Assembly (NCBI GenBank): GCA_963805625.1
Contig: CAWDVE010000019.1
Location: forward strand, 128,001-192,000
Direction: 5' to 3'
DNA length: 64,000 nucleotides
From: an uncultured Candidatus Rokubacteria bacterium
GTDB taxonomy: Bacteria; Methylomirabilota; Methylomirabilia; Rokubacteriales; DASRDR01
The position numbers were made by a program, and so were the translations under genes. The stretch's first letter is position 1. Every line of letters starts with the position of its first letter. A model generated the notes under the pieces. The model was not told the origin of the DNA. It was given only the letters and a program-made list of their open reading frames with translations, and ran no database searches. Below are positions 28,386 through 39,828 of this stretch, piece after piece.

Positions 28386-29174
28386 ATGGCGCTTAGCGAC
28401 ACCTCGATCAAGCTGCTGGACATCGCCGTCAAGGGTGGGCTCGGGATCGTGCTGACGCTGCTGGCCACCCTCTACGGATACAAGCTCCACGATCAGCGAG
28501 AGAAGGAAGCGGATGCGTCGAAGCGAATCCAGGCGATCGTCGACCTGACGAGCAAGCAGAAGGACCTGGACGTCCAGCTGGCGGTCCAGATGTTCAGCAC
28601 GCTGACCAGCAACTACTTTCAGAAGGACGCATCCCCGGCGGACAGCCAGCAGCTGCGCCGGCAGATCCTCTTGCTGCGCCTGGTGGCCCTGAACTTCCAG
28701 GATGTTCCCATCCAGCTGCGCCCGCTGTTCGAGGATCTGGATGGCCAGCTGACACGGCCGGAGGACAGGAGGCAGCTCCGCGAGGTCGCACAGGAGGTGG
28801 CGACCCGCCAGGCGTTCCGGCTGACCGTGGGGGGCGGGTACAACTCCGGGCCGCGAACTGTCAAGAGCGGTGACGTCCTGGAGATTCCGGAGCTCCTCGC
28901 GACGGTCACCATCGAGTCCGTCGGCAAGGATGCGATCCGGGCGTACATCGATTCCAAGTTTGCGGCGGCCGGCCGGGTCGGCCCATTCAACGTGGGATAC
29001 TTCGTCTGGCCGATCACGGACAACACGAAGCTGGGCGAGCTGCGCGTCTGCGTGCTGCTGCTGAACACCGACGGAGAGCAGGCGAGCATCAGAGTCATCG
29101 GGTTTGGCAGCGAGCTGGCCACCGACCGGTTCGACATCAAGGAACTGTCGAGAGTACTGCGGGACAAGCAGTAG
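28386..29174 (+). CDS. hypothetical protein with N-terminal TM helix and coiled coil
   Basis: AAGGAGG RBS; 262-aa ORF with coding-like composition; co-oriented 19 nt after the previous gene. Confidence 0.75.
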   Translation: MALSDTSIKLLDIAVKGGLGIVLTLLATLYGYKLHDQREKEADASKRIQAIVDLTSKQKDLDVQLAVQMFSTLTSNYFQKDASPADSQQLRRQILLLRLVALNFQDVPIQLRPLFEDLDGQLTRPEDRRQLREVAQEVATRQAFRLTVGGGYNSGPRTVKSGDVLEIPELLATVTIESVGKDAIRAYIDSKFAAAGRVGPFNVGYFVWPITDNTKLGELRVCVLLLNTDGEQASIRVIGFGSELATDRFDIKELSRVLRDKQ

Positions 29175-29376
29175 TCCGGTTCCGTCGTATCCGCACTCCG
29201 GCGGCTACGCCACAGACGGAATGGGAGCTGACCCCCGGGACCCGGCTCCAGGGATGGGAGCTGCGATGTGCGCGACTGCCGGCATGCCATTCGCCTGGCG
29301 GCCGATCACCGCCAGGGACGCCGGGATCGCGCCGGATCTCGGCGATCGGATCGATGTCGCACACCAGGAGGGCGAG

Positions 29377-30072
29377 CTACCCGGACCTGCACGGGCTGGT
29401 GATCGGGTCGCGCGGCTCGCGCTCGAGCGCTACTAGCCAGGCCCGGAGGAGAGCTGGGACCGCCCGCTTGGACGGGTGGCGTTCGGGCCGGAGACGTTGC
29501 ACGATCTGCTCTCCGTTACCAAGAGCGTCGGGGCCTCTTCGGCCGATGCCGCTCAAGCCGTGGCACGACATCGTGCTGCCGAGCCGCTGACAGTCGACTG
29601 GCGCGTGGTCCGGACGGCGGGGCGACGCAGCGATCCGATGACACCGCGTGCCCACTTTGACGGGAACGGTATGCCAAGGACCCGGTTGGTGCGGGCTCAA
29701 GAGGTCGCGTCCCAGGGAGTAGTTGCCGACCTGGACCTGGTATCGCACCTCTTCCCCGGTCGGCTTGAGCGCCAGGGAGAAGGACTGGGGCCCGCCGAAC
29801 GTCCCGTTGATCGTGTAGGTGTCGCGGCTCACGACCCGGCCGTTCGCGGCCACGCCGAAGAGGTTCAGGACCGCGAATCTGAAGCTGGCCGTGGTCCGGC
29901 TCGTGATCAGGCCCACCGCCTCGACCCGATCCGGCTGCCGGTCGATCCGGTAGTCCAGCACGAAGATCTGGTCGCGCTCGTGGAGGGGGAAGTCCTCCGG
30001 CCGCGGTTGGGGCGCTCCGGCCGCGCACGCGGTCAGGGCGATCACGCTGAGCAGGAGGACGAATCGGCTCAT
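29377..30072 (-). CDS. putative lipoprotein (C-terminal half after about 29700 doubtful)
   Basis: signal peptide with lipobox LTA-C; a beta-rich domain ending near YQVQVGNYSLG; the downstream sequence looks non-coding. Confidence 0.6.
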   Translation of the reverse strand: MSRFVLLLSVIALTACAAGAPQPRPEDFPLHERDQIFVLDYRIDRQPDRVEAVGLITSRTTASFRFAVLNLFGVAANGRVVSRDTYTINGTFGGPQSFSLALKPTGEEVRYQVQVGNYSLGRDLLSPHQPGPWHTVPVKVGTRCHRIAASPRRPDHAPVDCQRLGSTMSCHGLSGIGRRGPDALGNGEQIVQRLRPERHPSKRAVPALLRAWLVALEREPRDPITSPCRSG

Positions 30073-30179
30073 CGACACTGCCAGTTTATCTCACGCCGTG
30101 CCCGATCACCAGCATGTGCGGCGCGCCGACGATCTTCCGGACGGTCGTGCTCGTGGATTCAGGGACCGGACGCGGGGCC

Positions 30180-31288
30180 CTAGTCCAGCCAGTCCTCGCT
30201 CTTTGAGCTTCCGCGGCAGGTAGGTCTTGGTCAGGTAGCGGAAGTCCTTGTTGGCGAGCGCGTCGAGCTCGTACTTGAGGCCGCTCGCGAGCATCCGCTT
30301 GATCTCCTCCTGCCAGGGCTTCTTCTGGAACCAGCGGTACTTGAGCAGCTCCTTGGCCCGGCCGACGTCCTTGTCGTTGAGCTTGATGCCGACGTTGCGC
30401 GGCAGGCCGTAGGCGTCGGGATCGGCGCTGGAGAGGCCGATGAACTTGGCCTTGGGGATGGCCATGCGCTCGCTCTCGAACGCGAGGTTGATCGAGCCCT
30501 GCTTGACGACCGAGTAGATGTAGTAGCCCCAGGGGTCGTTGTCGACGAGGACGTACACGGGGATCTTGTAGTCCTCGTGCAGGCGGCGGGCCAGGCGGCG
30601 GACGCCGCGGGGCGGCTGGCCGTTGCCGGTCAGGAGCACGCAGTTGTACCGGCGCCAGAACTTGTCCTCCGACAGGCGGTTCCACTGGGTGCCCTTCTCG
30701 ACGAGCAGGACGAAGTCCGCCGTGCAGCGCCGGATCTCGATGTACTCGGGCTCGACGATGGAGGGCACCGAGTAGCCGCCCTTGCCCAGGCGCGCGCAGT
30801 CCACCCGGTCGCCGTCGTCGACCGAGGACGACCGGCCCCACGATGCTGCCGGCGTTCTCGGCGCGCACGTGGAGCTCCTCGCGCAGCGCCGCCAGCGCGA
30901 CCTCGAGGTCCTCGATCAGCGGGTCGGACTCGTTCTGGTCGTCGAAGGTGTTCTCGTGCGAGCCCTTCATCGTGTGCTTGGTGCGGTAGTAGATCTCGCG
31001 GAGCGAGGTCGTGAGGTTCGCCCGCTGCAGCTCGGCCAGGGCGTCGGCCACCAGCACCGTCTGCATGAACTTCTTGGCCATGCCCACGTTGAAGAACGTG
31101 CGCGCCTGCTTGCGCTTGCCCATCTCGATGATGCCGCGCTTCTCGTTGAAGTTGACGTTGGCGAGGCTGCGCACGGGGATCGACAGCGCGGGGTCCCGGC
31201 TCCGCTCGGCGGCGGTGATCACGATGTCGGCCACGCCGACCAGCTTCTTCTCGACCGGCCCGATCTTCTTCGGCGTCGCTCCGGCCAT
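30180..31288 (-). CDS. top6A: DNA topoisomerase VI subunit A (frameshifted at about 30825 and 30197)
   Basis: catalytic LREIYY, FDDQNESD, toprim VEKG and DNDPWG, ELDAL; removing two extra bases restores the ending KLKERDWLD-stop. Confidence 0.9.
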
Positions 31289-31296
31289 GGCTCGCT

Positions 31297-33332
31297 CTAT
31301 CGCTTCCTGCGCTTGGTCGACGGAGCCGCGTCGCGCGTGTCGCCTGTCGCTTCGCGTCCGGTCGGCTTGGGCGCTTCGCGCTTGGCCGTCCTGGGCGCTC
31401 ACGCGCTGCCGCCCTGGCCCTGGCGGGCGGCTCCAGGCTCGCGACCTTGCCCTTCCGCCGCGCCGGCGCCGGCCGCTCGGATTCCGCCGCGCCCTCCGCG
31501 TCCGCCGCCGCGCCCGGTCGGCACCGGGCAGCACCGGCGCCTCCCCCTCGGGCCCGTCGGGCGTGACGATGATCGAGTGCGGCAGGCCCTCCGGGCCGCC
31601 TCCGTCGCGGCCCAGGATCTCGTCGGTCCGGCTCCCGCCGGTCCGCTTCATGGCGATCTTCTGGAGCTGGCTCTTGAGCTTCTCCTTGGGCGAGCTTGCC
31701 GCCCTTCAGCCGGGCGCAGGCCTCGACGACCTCCTCGATGTAGAGCTCGAAGATGTTGCGCCGGCGGAACTCGCTCTTGGCCCGCTCGCGCCGCCGCAGG
31801 AAGACGCCGAGCCGGCGCCCGCACTCCTGGAGCGCGAGCTTGATCTCCTTGCGGATCTCGTCGTAGTCGGCGATCGCTTCCTTGGACTCGCTGGTGAACG
31901 GCACCCAGACCGAGGCCATGTGGACGAAGATCACCATCGGGCCCGGCCGGCAGCGCGCCCCGGGACTGGGACACGCCGTAGTTCCGCCAGGCGGTCTCGA
32001 GCACGGCCTTGAAGGTCGCGCAGGCCGACTGCTGGTAGAGCAGCGGGACGCGGTTGGCGTAGCGGATGACGCGGGCCAGCTCGCCGTCGTCCTCCCGCTC
32101 CTCGCCCTCGGCGAGCGGCACCGCGCGGGCTGCGTGGGCGCGCCGCCGCCTGCTCCGGCCCCTTGCCGAAGGCCAGCCCCGCCTCGATGACGAACGGATT
32201 GCCGCGGTACACCGCCGGCGGGCGGGTCACCGCGGTGTAGAACTCGCCCTTGATCTGCTTGTACAGGCCGTGGAGGATCGCCTTCTCGCCGATGGGCGAG
32301 ATGCAGCTCGACGGCGGCGCCATGATCTTGGTCGTCTGGATGGCCTTGTAGAGCGCCTCGGCGTCCTCGCCGTGGATGTTGCGCGGCCGCGCGTTCGGCG
32401 ACAGCTTGGCCGTCCGGCAGATCTCCGAGCGCGACGGCGGGGAGACCCGGCTGAAGTCGCCGGCGAGGAATCCCGCGAGCGCAGTGGCTCCGCGTGTCCT
32501 GGAGCATGCGCAGGAGGATGCCGAACTCGATGCCGTAGGGATGCGGCTTGATCTCGCGGGGCTGGGGCGGCAGCTCGTGGATCGTCCGCGGGTACTCGCG
32601 AGTCTCCCCCTCGGGCGTGTGGTAGACGAGCGCCACGTGCGGGTTGGCGATGGCCGTCTGCTCGAGGTACTCGTCCACCGAGGCCCGGCCCCGCTGGTAG
32701 CGCCCCTCGATCTCGAGCGTCACCTGGGTGCCGCGGTGGCTCTCCCAGTCGATCTTCTTGTTCTCGAAGATCCGCGGCTCGTTCTTCTTGGTGTCGATCT
32801 GCACCTCGAAGTAGTGGGCCGGGGAGCGGGCGCTGGTGCGCGAGGTGATCTGGACCGGCTTCCCGGTCGTGAGCTGAGCGTACATGCCGGCCGCGGAGAT
32901 GCCGATCCCCTGCTGGCCCCGGCTCATGCGCAGCCGGTGGAACTTCGAGCCGTAGAGGAGCTTGGCGAAGATCGGCGGGATCTGGTGGCGGACGATGCCG
33001 GGGCCGTTGTCGATGACGGTGACGCGGAACCGCGTCGCCTGGCTGGCGGGGGGCGGCGGCGACCCGTTGCTCGGCACGACCTCGATCTTGACCGCGACGT
33101 CGGGGAGGATGCCGGCCTCCTCGGCCGCGTCGAGGGCGTTGTCCACCGCCTCCTTGACGCAGGTGAGGAGGGCCTTGCGCGGGCTGTCGAAGCCGAGGAG
33201 GTGCCGGTTCTTGGTGAAGAACTCGGAGACGGAGATCTCGCGCTGGCGGGCGCCCATCTCGACGGCGGAGACGCCGGGCTTCGGTGGCGGCGGGGGCGTC
33301 CCGGTCTGGGCCAGCGCCTGCGCGTTAGACAT
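31297..33332 (-). CDS. top6B: DNA topoisomerase VI subunit B (several frameshifts)
   Basis: QREISVSEFF, KEAVDNALDA, DNGPGI, LLYGSKFH, SRGQQGIG GHKL motifs, KPHPYG, RYANRVPLLY, VPFTSESKEA spread over several frames; end inferred. Confidence 0.9.
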
Positions 33333-33656
33333 TGCCTCCTTGATATCAGACGCAGGCCCGCTGGCGCGCGTTTATCCTCACCCGAGGTCATCGGACCGAG
33401 GACGGCGCTGTCGGCGGCCTCGGTTCCCCACGGGGGCCGCGGGCACGCTTGACCTGCGCGTCCGGCGGGCGCGATTCAGACTCGCGGAAGGACGCACGGA
33501 CCCTGCAGGGCGGTGACGAGCCGGCGAGAAGCCCACCTCCGTCTCCTCTGGCATGGACACCTCGGGTGGGGACTCTACGCCCCAGCTTGCCACGCCCCGA
33601 CGGTAACCACATCCCACAAGCTGCGGACATGCTGGGCTTTTCGGACACGATCGGCG

Positions 33657-33672
33657 TGGCACTCTCGTTGCA
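33657..33672 (+). promoter_or_regulatory. sigma-54 (-24/-12) promoter
   Basis: TGGCACTCTCGTTGCA, exact GG-N10-GC spacing, 41 nt upstream of the CDS at 33714. Confidence 0.65.
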
Positions 33673-33713
33673 CCCGCTTCGACAGATAGCCTGAACTGGA
33701 TTGGAGGCGTGGC

Positions 33714-34175
33714 ATGAGGAAGGTGGTCGTGCTCGCAGCGTTCGCGATCGTCGTGTGTGCCGTGGCCGGATCGGATGCATGGGCCCAGGGAGGGATGCGG
33801 TGGAGGGGCAGCGGCGGCTGGGGGCCGGGTGGCCCGTACGGGCGCATGTACGACACCAAGGCCGTCGAGACGGTCAAGGGAGAGGTCGTGGCCGTTGGTC
33901 CGGTGATGCCAATGAAGGGGATGGGGGGCGGCATCCACGTCTCGCTGAAGACCGAGAAGGAGACGCTCTCGGTTCACCTCGGGCCGAGCTGGTTCATCGA
34001 GAACCAGGACTTCAAGATCGAGCCGAAGGACACGCTCGAGGTCAAGGGCTCGCGGGTCACGATGGGTGGAAAGCCGGCGCTCATCGCCGCCGAGGTGAAG
34101 AAGGGCGACGAGACGCTCACTCTGCGGGACGACAACGGCGTCCCGGTCTGGAGCGCGACCCGCCGGCGGCCGTGA
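33714..34175 (+). CDS. secreted OB-fold-like protein with a Gly/Met-rich N-terminus
   Basis: signal peptide (AWAQ), YDTKAVETVKGEV, VHLGPSWF, VKGSRV, LRDDNGVPVW. Confidence 0.75.
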   Translation: MRKVVVLAAFAIVVCAVAGSDAWAQGGMRWRGSGGWGPGGPYGRMYDTKAVETVKGEVVAVGPVMPMKGMGGGIHVSLKTEKETLSVHLGPSWFIENQDFKIEPKDTLEVKGSRVTMGGKPALIAAEVKKGDETLTLRDDNGVPVWSATRRRP

Positions 34176-34254
34176 GGAGGGGACTGACCAGGGCGCCCTA
34201 CTACATCGCGGAAGCGAGACGTGCTGCAGGCGGTTGAGTCGGGCGAGACGATCA

Positions 34255-34287
34255 CGCGTGCCGCCGAGGATCTCGAGGCGGCACGCG
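34255..34287. repeat. GC-rich inverted repeat (terminator or REP-like hairpin)
   Basis: CGCGTGCCGCC ... GGCGGCACGCG, perfect 11-bp stem downstream of the CDS ending at 34175. Confidence 0.5.
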
Positions 34288-34535
34288 GAACCTAAGTTAG
34301 GCCGTCCCGGGCAGCCCTCGCCGGCCCTCCGCGGAGGGACCGGTGAAGCCGGCGCTCTCGCCTGGCACGGGCGTCCCATGGACGCTCGCGGCGATCCGGA
34401 GCCAGTGGGCCGACCTGGCCGGGATGGGGTATCTTCGTGGCATCACCGTGGGGCACTTGGCCGCGGCCGGGTGGTAGCCGCTGCTCCTGCGGGACAGACG
34501 TGTCACCCTGGCGTCCCCAACGAGGAGGAGATCCC

Positions 34536-35636
34536 ATGACCGAGCCCCCCAAGACCTCCGTCACCCGTCGCGGCTTCCTCAAGACCGGCGCGCTCGCCGC
34601 CGCGACGGCGCCCCTCCTGGCACGCGCGCCGCTGGCGCAGGCCCAGGCGCGCGGCACGAAGGTGCTGGACTTCCAGACCGGCGCCGACGTCGCCAAGGCC
34701 GAGCAGGAAGGCGAGGTCGTCTACTACGGCCACGACGGCGAGGCCGGGATCGGCGTCCTGCTCGATGCGTTCAAGAAGGACTTTCCGAAGATCAAGACCA
34801 GCTACGTGCGGCTCCAGACCGGCGCCCTGTACGCGAAGATCACCGGGGAGCGGTCGGCCGGCCGCTTCGGCGTCGACGTGCTGCAGCTCTCCGACGTCTC
34901 GCCGGCCATCGACTTCCAGAAGAAGGGCGGCTACGAGCAGTACCCCTCGCCGGAGTACGCCGCCTACCGGCCCGAGCACCAGTCGAGCCCCGCGGGCTAC
35001 TACGGCTGGGGCGGCGTCACCTTCGCCGGCATCTCATACAACCGCAGCCGGGTGACGGCGGAGCAGGCACCGAAGGCGTGGAAGGACATCCTCAACCCGG
35101 CCTTCCGGGACGGGATCAGCGCCAAGCTCGCCACCTCGGGCATGCAGCACGCCCAGTGGTACATGCTGCGGAAGCTCTACGGCAACGAGTTCTGGCAGGA
35201 GTTCGCCAAGCAGCGCCCCAAGGGGTTCGACGCGCGGGCCCAGCTCTTCGACCGGCTGTCCAAGGGCGAGGACCGCATGTGCGTGCTCGCGGAGTACGCG
35301 GGGTACACGCTCTTCTCGGAGAAGGGCGCGGACATCGAGTTCGTGGCGCCGGCCGACGGGTTGCCCGCCACGTCGTTCTTCATCGGGGTGGTCAATCGCG
35401 CGCCCCATCCCGAGGCGGCCAAGCTCTTCGTGGACTGGGCGCTGTCCAAGCGTGGTCAGGCGGTCTATCAGAACCAGAAGATCCTCCTCTACGGGTCGCT
35501 CAGGACCGACGCGGATGCGATGCCCACGGGCAAGCGGCTGGCGGACTTCAAGCTCCTGTTCCCCACGGACTGGAACGACTACGTGGCCAGCCACCCCGTG
35601 TTCGTGAAGGAGTGGAACGCGATCATGGGGCTCTGA
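34536..35636 (+). CDS. FbpA/AfuA-type ABC substrate-binding protein, Tat-exported
   Basis: TRRGFLK signal, AEQEGEVVYY, APKAWKDIL, APHPEAAKLFVDW. Confidence 0.88.
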   Translation: MTEPPKTSVTRRGFLKTGALAAATAPLLARAPLAQAQARGTKVLDFQTGADVAKAEQEGEVVYYGHDGEAGIGVLLDAFKKDFPKIKTSYVRLQTGALYAKITGERSAGRFGVDVLQLSDVSPAIDFQKKGGYEQYPSPEYAAYRPEHQSSPAGYYGWGGVTFAGISYNRSRVTAEQAPKAWKDILNPAFRDGISAKLATSGMQHAQWYMLRKLYGNEFWQEFAKQRPKGFDARAQLFDRLSKGEDRMCVLAEYAGYTLFSEKGADIEFVAPADGLPATSFFIGVVNRAPHPEAAKLFVDWALSKRGQAVYQNQKILLYGSLRTDADAMPTGKRLADFKLLFPTDWNDYVASHPVFVKEWNAIMGL

Positions 35637-35646
35637 GCCCCGTGTC

Positions 35647-37347
35647 GTGACGCTCGTCGCGCGGGCCCGGTCCTGGCGGCCGGGCCCGCGGCTCGTCAGC
35701 CTGGTCGTCGGGGGCGCCGCCGCCGTCCTCGTCCTCTATCCGATCGCCTACCTGATCCAGGCGTCGCTGAGCGTCGGCGATCCGCAGGCGCGCCCGCCGG
35801 AGGCGTACGGGCTCGACAACTTCGCCGACCTTGGCCGCTACGCGCACATCTTCGGCAACACGCTGCTGGTGGCGGCCGTCGCGACCGTCCTGGCCGTCGT
35901 GGTGGGATTCACGATGGGGTGGATCCTGTCGCGCACGAACGTCCCCGGCCGGGTCGCGCTCGAGCAGCTCATGGCCATGCCCTACTACGTGACGCCGCTC
36001 ATGGGCGCGTTGGCCTGGGCGCTCATCGGCTCGGCCAACAGCGGCTTCGTCAACCAGCTCTGGCGGGCGCTCGGCGGCCGGGGCCACCTGATCGACGTCA
36101 ACACGCCCTGGGGGATCGCCTGGGTGATGGCCCTCTTCGAGGGCTCGGTCGCCTTCGTGATGATCGGCGCCGTGATGAAGTCGATGGATCCCGCGCTCGA
36201 GGAGGCCTCGCAGGTCCTTGGCGCCAGCCGCGTGCGGACGATGCTGCGGATCACGCTGCCGCTCGTGCTGCCCGGCGTGCTCGGCGCCGCCATCTTCGTC
36301 TTCGCCGAGATGCTGGGCTCGTTCTCGGCGGCGTTGGTTCTCGGCCTCCCCAGCCGCTTCTACGTCGTCACCACGGCGATGTACCAGATGGTGTCGCAGT
36401 ACCCGCCGCGGTTCCCGACGGCGGCGGCCATGGGCGTGTCGCTGTTCGCGCTCATGTTCGCGATGGTGTGGATCTACCGCCGCATCGTGAGCGCGGGCAG
36501 CTACGCTACCATCACGGGCAAGGCTTTCCGCCCGCGCGTCATGGACGTCCGCGGCCTCAGGTGGCCGCTCCTGGGGCTCTGCGTGGCGTACCTGGGCGTG
36601 GCCATGGTCCTGCCCGTCCTGACGATCGTGTACGCCTCCTTCCAGCGGCTGACGACGCTCTGGCCCCGCGCGGACAACTTCACCCTGGCCAACTACACGA
36701 CCGCGCTGTCGCTCGACGCGGTGCGCTCCGCGCTCTGGAACAGCCTCCTCCTCGGCTTCGCCACCGCGAGCCTCGGCGTCGTCCTGATGGGATTCCTCTC
36801 GTGGCTGATCTACCGCTCGCGTCTCCCCGGCGCCGGCGCCATCGAGTACCTCCTGATGTTCCCGCAGGCGGTGCCGCGCCTCGTCTTCGCCTTCGGGATG
36901 CTGTGGGCCTGGCTGGTCTTCCCGATCCCCATCTACGGCACGCTGTGGCTCCTCCTGATCGCGTACCTCACCGTGTTCCTGCCGCTCGGGCTCCGGACGA
37001 TCTCGGGCGTCATCCTCCAGATCGACCGATCCCTCGAGGAGTGCGCCCAGATGTGCGGCGCCACGTGGGGCTACCGGCTGCGCACCGTGACTATGCCGCT
37101 CCTCCGGCCCGGCCTGATCGCCGCGTGGCTCCTGCTCTTCATCGCGAGCGTGCGCGAGCTGGGCGCGTCCATCCTGCTGATGGGGCCGAAGGCCAAGGTC
37201 ATCACGCCGGCCATCGTCGAGTCCTGGTTCTCGACCAGCTCGGAGCTCACGGCGGCCATGGCGCTCCTGCAGACGCTGGCGGTGGCGGCCGCGCTGGCCG
37301 TGCTCTTCGGGGTGGCGCGGCGGGTCGCCCCGCACGGAGGCGAGTGA
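35647..37347 (+). CDS. FbpB-type ABC permease (two fused TM domains)
   Basis: two EAA loops, [11 protein letters not shown] and [11 protein letters not shown]. Confidence 0.9.
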   Translation: MTLVARARSWRPGPRLVSLVVGGAAAVLVLYPIAYLIQASLSVGDPQARPPEAYGLDNFADLGRYAHIFGNTLLVAAVATVLAVVVGFTMGWILSRTNVPGRVALEQLMAMPYYVTPLMGALAWALIGSANSGFVNQLWRALGGRGHLIDVNTPWGIAWVMALFEGSVAFVMIGAVMKSMDPALEEASQVLGASRVRTMLRITLPLVLPGVLGAAIFVFAEMLGSFSAALVLGLPSRFYVVTTAMYQMVSQYPPRFPTAAAMGVSLFALMFAMVWIYRRIVSAGSYATITGKAFRPRVMDVRGLRWPLLGLCVAYLGVAMVLPVLTIVYASFQRLTTLWPRADNFTLANYTTALSLDAVRSALWNSLLLGFATASLGVVLMGFLSWLIYRSRLPGAGAIEYLLMFPQAVPRLVFAFGMLWAWLVFPIPIYGTLWLLLIAYLTVFLPLGLRTISGVILQIDRSLEECAQMCGATWGYRLRTVTMPLLRPGLIAAWLLLFIASVRELGASILLMGPKAKVITPAIVESWFSTSSELTAAMALLQTLAVAAALAVLFGVARRVAPHGGE

Positions 37348-38441
37348 GCGTGCGCCAGGCGTCGATCGAGGTGCGCGACCTGGTGGTGCGCTACGGTGAG
37401 GTCGCCGCGGTCCGCGGGGTGGGCTTCGACGTCGGCGCCGGCGAGCATCTCACGCTGCTCGGCCCGTCGGGATGCGGCAAGACCACCACGCTACGGGCGA
37501 TCGCCGGGCTGGAGCGGCCGGTGTCGGGTGAGATCCGGATCGGCGGCCACCCGGTGTTCTCGTCCTCGGCGCGCGTGAACGTCCCGGCCGAGCGCCGCGG
37601 GCTGTCGATGGTCTTCCAGTCGTACGCCATCTGGCCGCACATGAGCGTGTTCGACAACGTGGCCTACGGCCTCCGGGTGCGACGGCGGCCGGCCGCCGAG
37701 GTGACGGCGCGCGTCCGCGAGGCGCTCGACCTGGTCCAGCTCGGCGACCTCGGCGCTCGCAGCGCCGCCAAACTGTCCGGCGGCCAGCAGCAGCGCGTCG
37801 CCCTGGCCCGGGCCTTCGTGTTCTCGCCGGCGGTGCTTCTCTTCGACGAGCCGCTGTCGAACCTCGACGCCAAGCTCCGCGCGGAGATGCGCGTGGAGCT
37901 GAAGGAGCTGCAACGCCGCCTGGACATCACCTCCGTGTATGTCACCCACGACCTCGAGGAGGCGCTGGCCATCTCCGACCGGGTGGTGGTGATGCGGGAC
38001 GGCGGCGTCGAGCAGGTCGGCACGCCGGGCGAGATCTACGACCGGCCGCGCAACACGTTCGTCGCCGACTTCGTGGGGTCGGCGAACCTGATCCGGGGCC
38101 GCCGGCGCCCCGACCTCGACCGCGACGGGCTCGTGGTCATCGAGACGCCGGGGGGCGCCCTGGTCCACGGCACCGCCCTCGACCGCCGGGCCGGCACCGA
38201 CGCGCTCATGGCCGTCCGCACGGTCCGCCTGCGCCTCGAGCGCGCGCCGTCGCCCGCGTCCGTCAACGTGTGGCCGGGCCGGATCCGGCAGCGCGTGTTC
38301 CAGGGCGACTTCACGCAGTACCACGTGGACTGGGACGGGCGGCTGCTCATCGTGCGCTCGGCGGCGCCGGAGCCGATGGCCGAGGGCGACCAGGTGTTCG
38401 TCAGCGCCGACCCCCGGCACTGCGTGCTGCTGGAGGAGTAG
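37344..38441 (+). CDS. FbpC/PotA-type ABC ATPase with TOBE domain
   Basis: [37 protein letters not shown]; GTGA overlap. Confidence 0.93.
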   Translation: MSVRQASIEVRDLVVRYGEVAAVRGVGFDVGAGEHLTLLGPSGCGKTTTLRAIAGLERPVSGEIRIGGHPVFSSSARVNVPAERRGLSMVFQSYAIWPHMSVFDNVAYGLRVRRRPAAEVTARVREALDLVQLGDLGARSAAKLSGGQQQRVALARAFVFSPAVLLFDEPLSNLDAKLRAEMRVELKELQRRLDITSVYVTHDLEEALAISDRVVVMRDGGVEQVGTPGEIYDRPRNTFVADFVGSANLIRGRRRPDLDRDGLVVIETPGGALVHGTALDRRAGTDALMAVRTVRLRLERAPSPASVNVWPGRIRQRVFQGDFTQYHVDWDGRLLIVRSAAPEPMAEGDQVFVSADPRHCVLLEE

Positions 38442-38486
38442 ACCGTCCTCGTCGCTTTCCGGGCCACGGCGGCCGGGGTGGCCAGC

Positions 38487-39828
38487 CTACTGCGGGCAGA
38501 TGTAGCCGGTCCCGCTGGGGTTCCTGAAGCAGCCGACCGATTCCGGCAGCAGCTGCTTCGGCAGCCACAGCACGACGCTCGGGAACTGCATGCAGAAGCG
38601 CGATGGTGAGCAGGAAGACGACGTAGAGCGGGAGCGACCGGACCATCGCGCGGTAGAACGGCACCCCCACGAACTTGGCGGCGATCAGCAGTGACAGCCC
38701 GTAGGGAGGGGTGATCAGTCCGAACACCAGGGTGGTGATGATCACGACGCCCATGTGCAGCGGGTTGATGTTGCCCAGCTCGGCCAGCTTGATGACGATG
38801 GGCATGAAGATGATGATCGCCGGCACCGCGTCGACGAAGTCGCCGACCAGGATGAACAGCAGCACCAGCAGGAACATGATCATGCGCGGGTCGGTGCCGG
38901 CATAGGCCTCGATGAAGCCGGCGACCGTGTCGGGGCCGCGGAGGTACGCGAGCATCCAGCCGAACGCGGACGCGCCGGCGACGGCCGCCAGGGGCAGCGA
39001 GTAGAGGAGCCCCGTGTACATGAAGTCCCTCGGCAGCTGCCAGACGTGCCGGGGCCGCAGGATCGGGATCAGGACCAGGAGGATGTAGAAGGCGGCCACC
39101 ATGCCCGCCTCGGTCGGCGTGAACCAGCCGGTCAGGATGCCGCCCATGATGATCACCGGGATGACCATGGGCAGGGCGGAGCCGCGGGCGGCGACGAACA
39201 CCTCGACCAGCGTCGCCCGAGGCTTCAGGTGGCCGGTGGGGCCGAAGAAGTAGCTGTAGATCATGAGCCCGATGCCGATCATCACGCCCGGCACGACGCC
39301 GGCCAGGAACAGCCCGCCGATCGACACGTTGCCGGTCGCCCCGTAGACCACCGCCATGATCGAGGGCGGGATCAGGTTGGCGATGGTCGAGGCCGAGGCG
39401 ATCAGCGCCGCGGTGAACGCGCGGTCGTATCGCTCCTTGTCCATCTCCGGCGCGACGGTGCGGCTCAGCACCGCCACGTCGGCGGCGGACGAGCCGGAGA
39501 TCCCGGCGAAGAACATGCTGAAGAGCGTCACGACCTGGGCCAGGCCCCCGCGCAGGTGTCCGACCAGCACCTGCGCCAGGCGGATCATGCGCTGGGTCAC
39601 GTCGGCCGAGGTCATCAGCTCCCCGACCAGCAGGAAGAACGGGATCGCCAGCAGCGTCTCGGAGTCGATCCCGTGGAACAGCTGTCCGATGATCGACTGG
39701 AAGCTGACGGGGGTCAGCGACGTGGCGACGAGGACGCCGCCGATCAGCGCGAAGGCGACCGGCACGCCCATGTAGCCCAGCCCCAGGAACAGGAGCGCCA
39801 TCAGCACGAGGATCGCGCTGGAGCTCAT
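38487..39828 (-). CDS. dctM: TRAP transporter large permease DctM (frameshift near 38597)
   Basis: LLAIPFFLL, GISGSSAAD, IPPS, TPTEAG, GLITPPYG; the alternative frame ends FPSVVLWLPKQLLP...CPQ-stop. Confidence 0.9.

Noticed and set aside
29215-29265. Short GATGGGAGCTG-like direct repeat as a CRISPR remnant
   Set aside because: Only two short copies and no cas genes
30630-33332. Apparent 900-aa Top6B or a Top6B-Top6A fusion
   Set aside because: An artefact of frameshifts; the motifs jump between frames and Top6A has its own ATG at 31288
34218-34258. RDVLQAVESGETIT resembling a Phd/YefM antitoxin fragment
   Set aside because: Only about 14 residues, with no start codon and no toxin partner; could be chance
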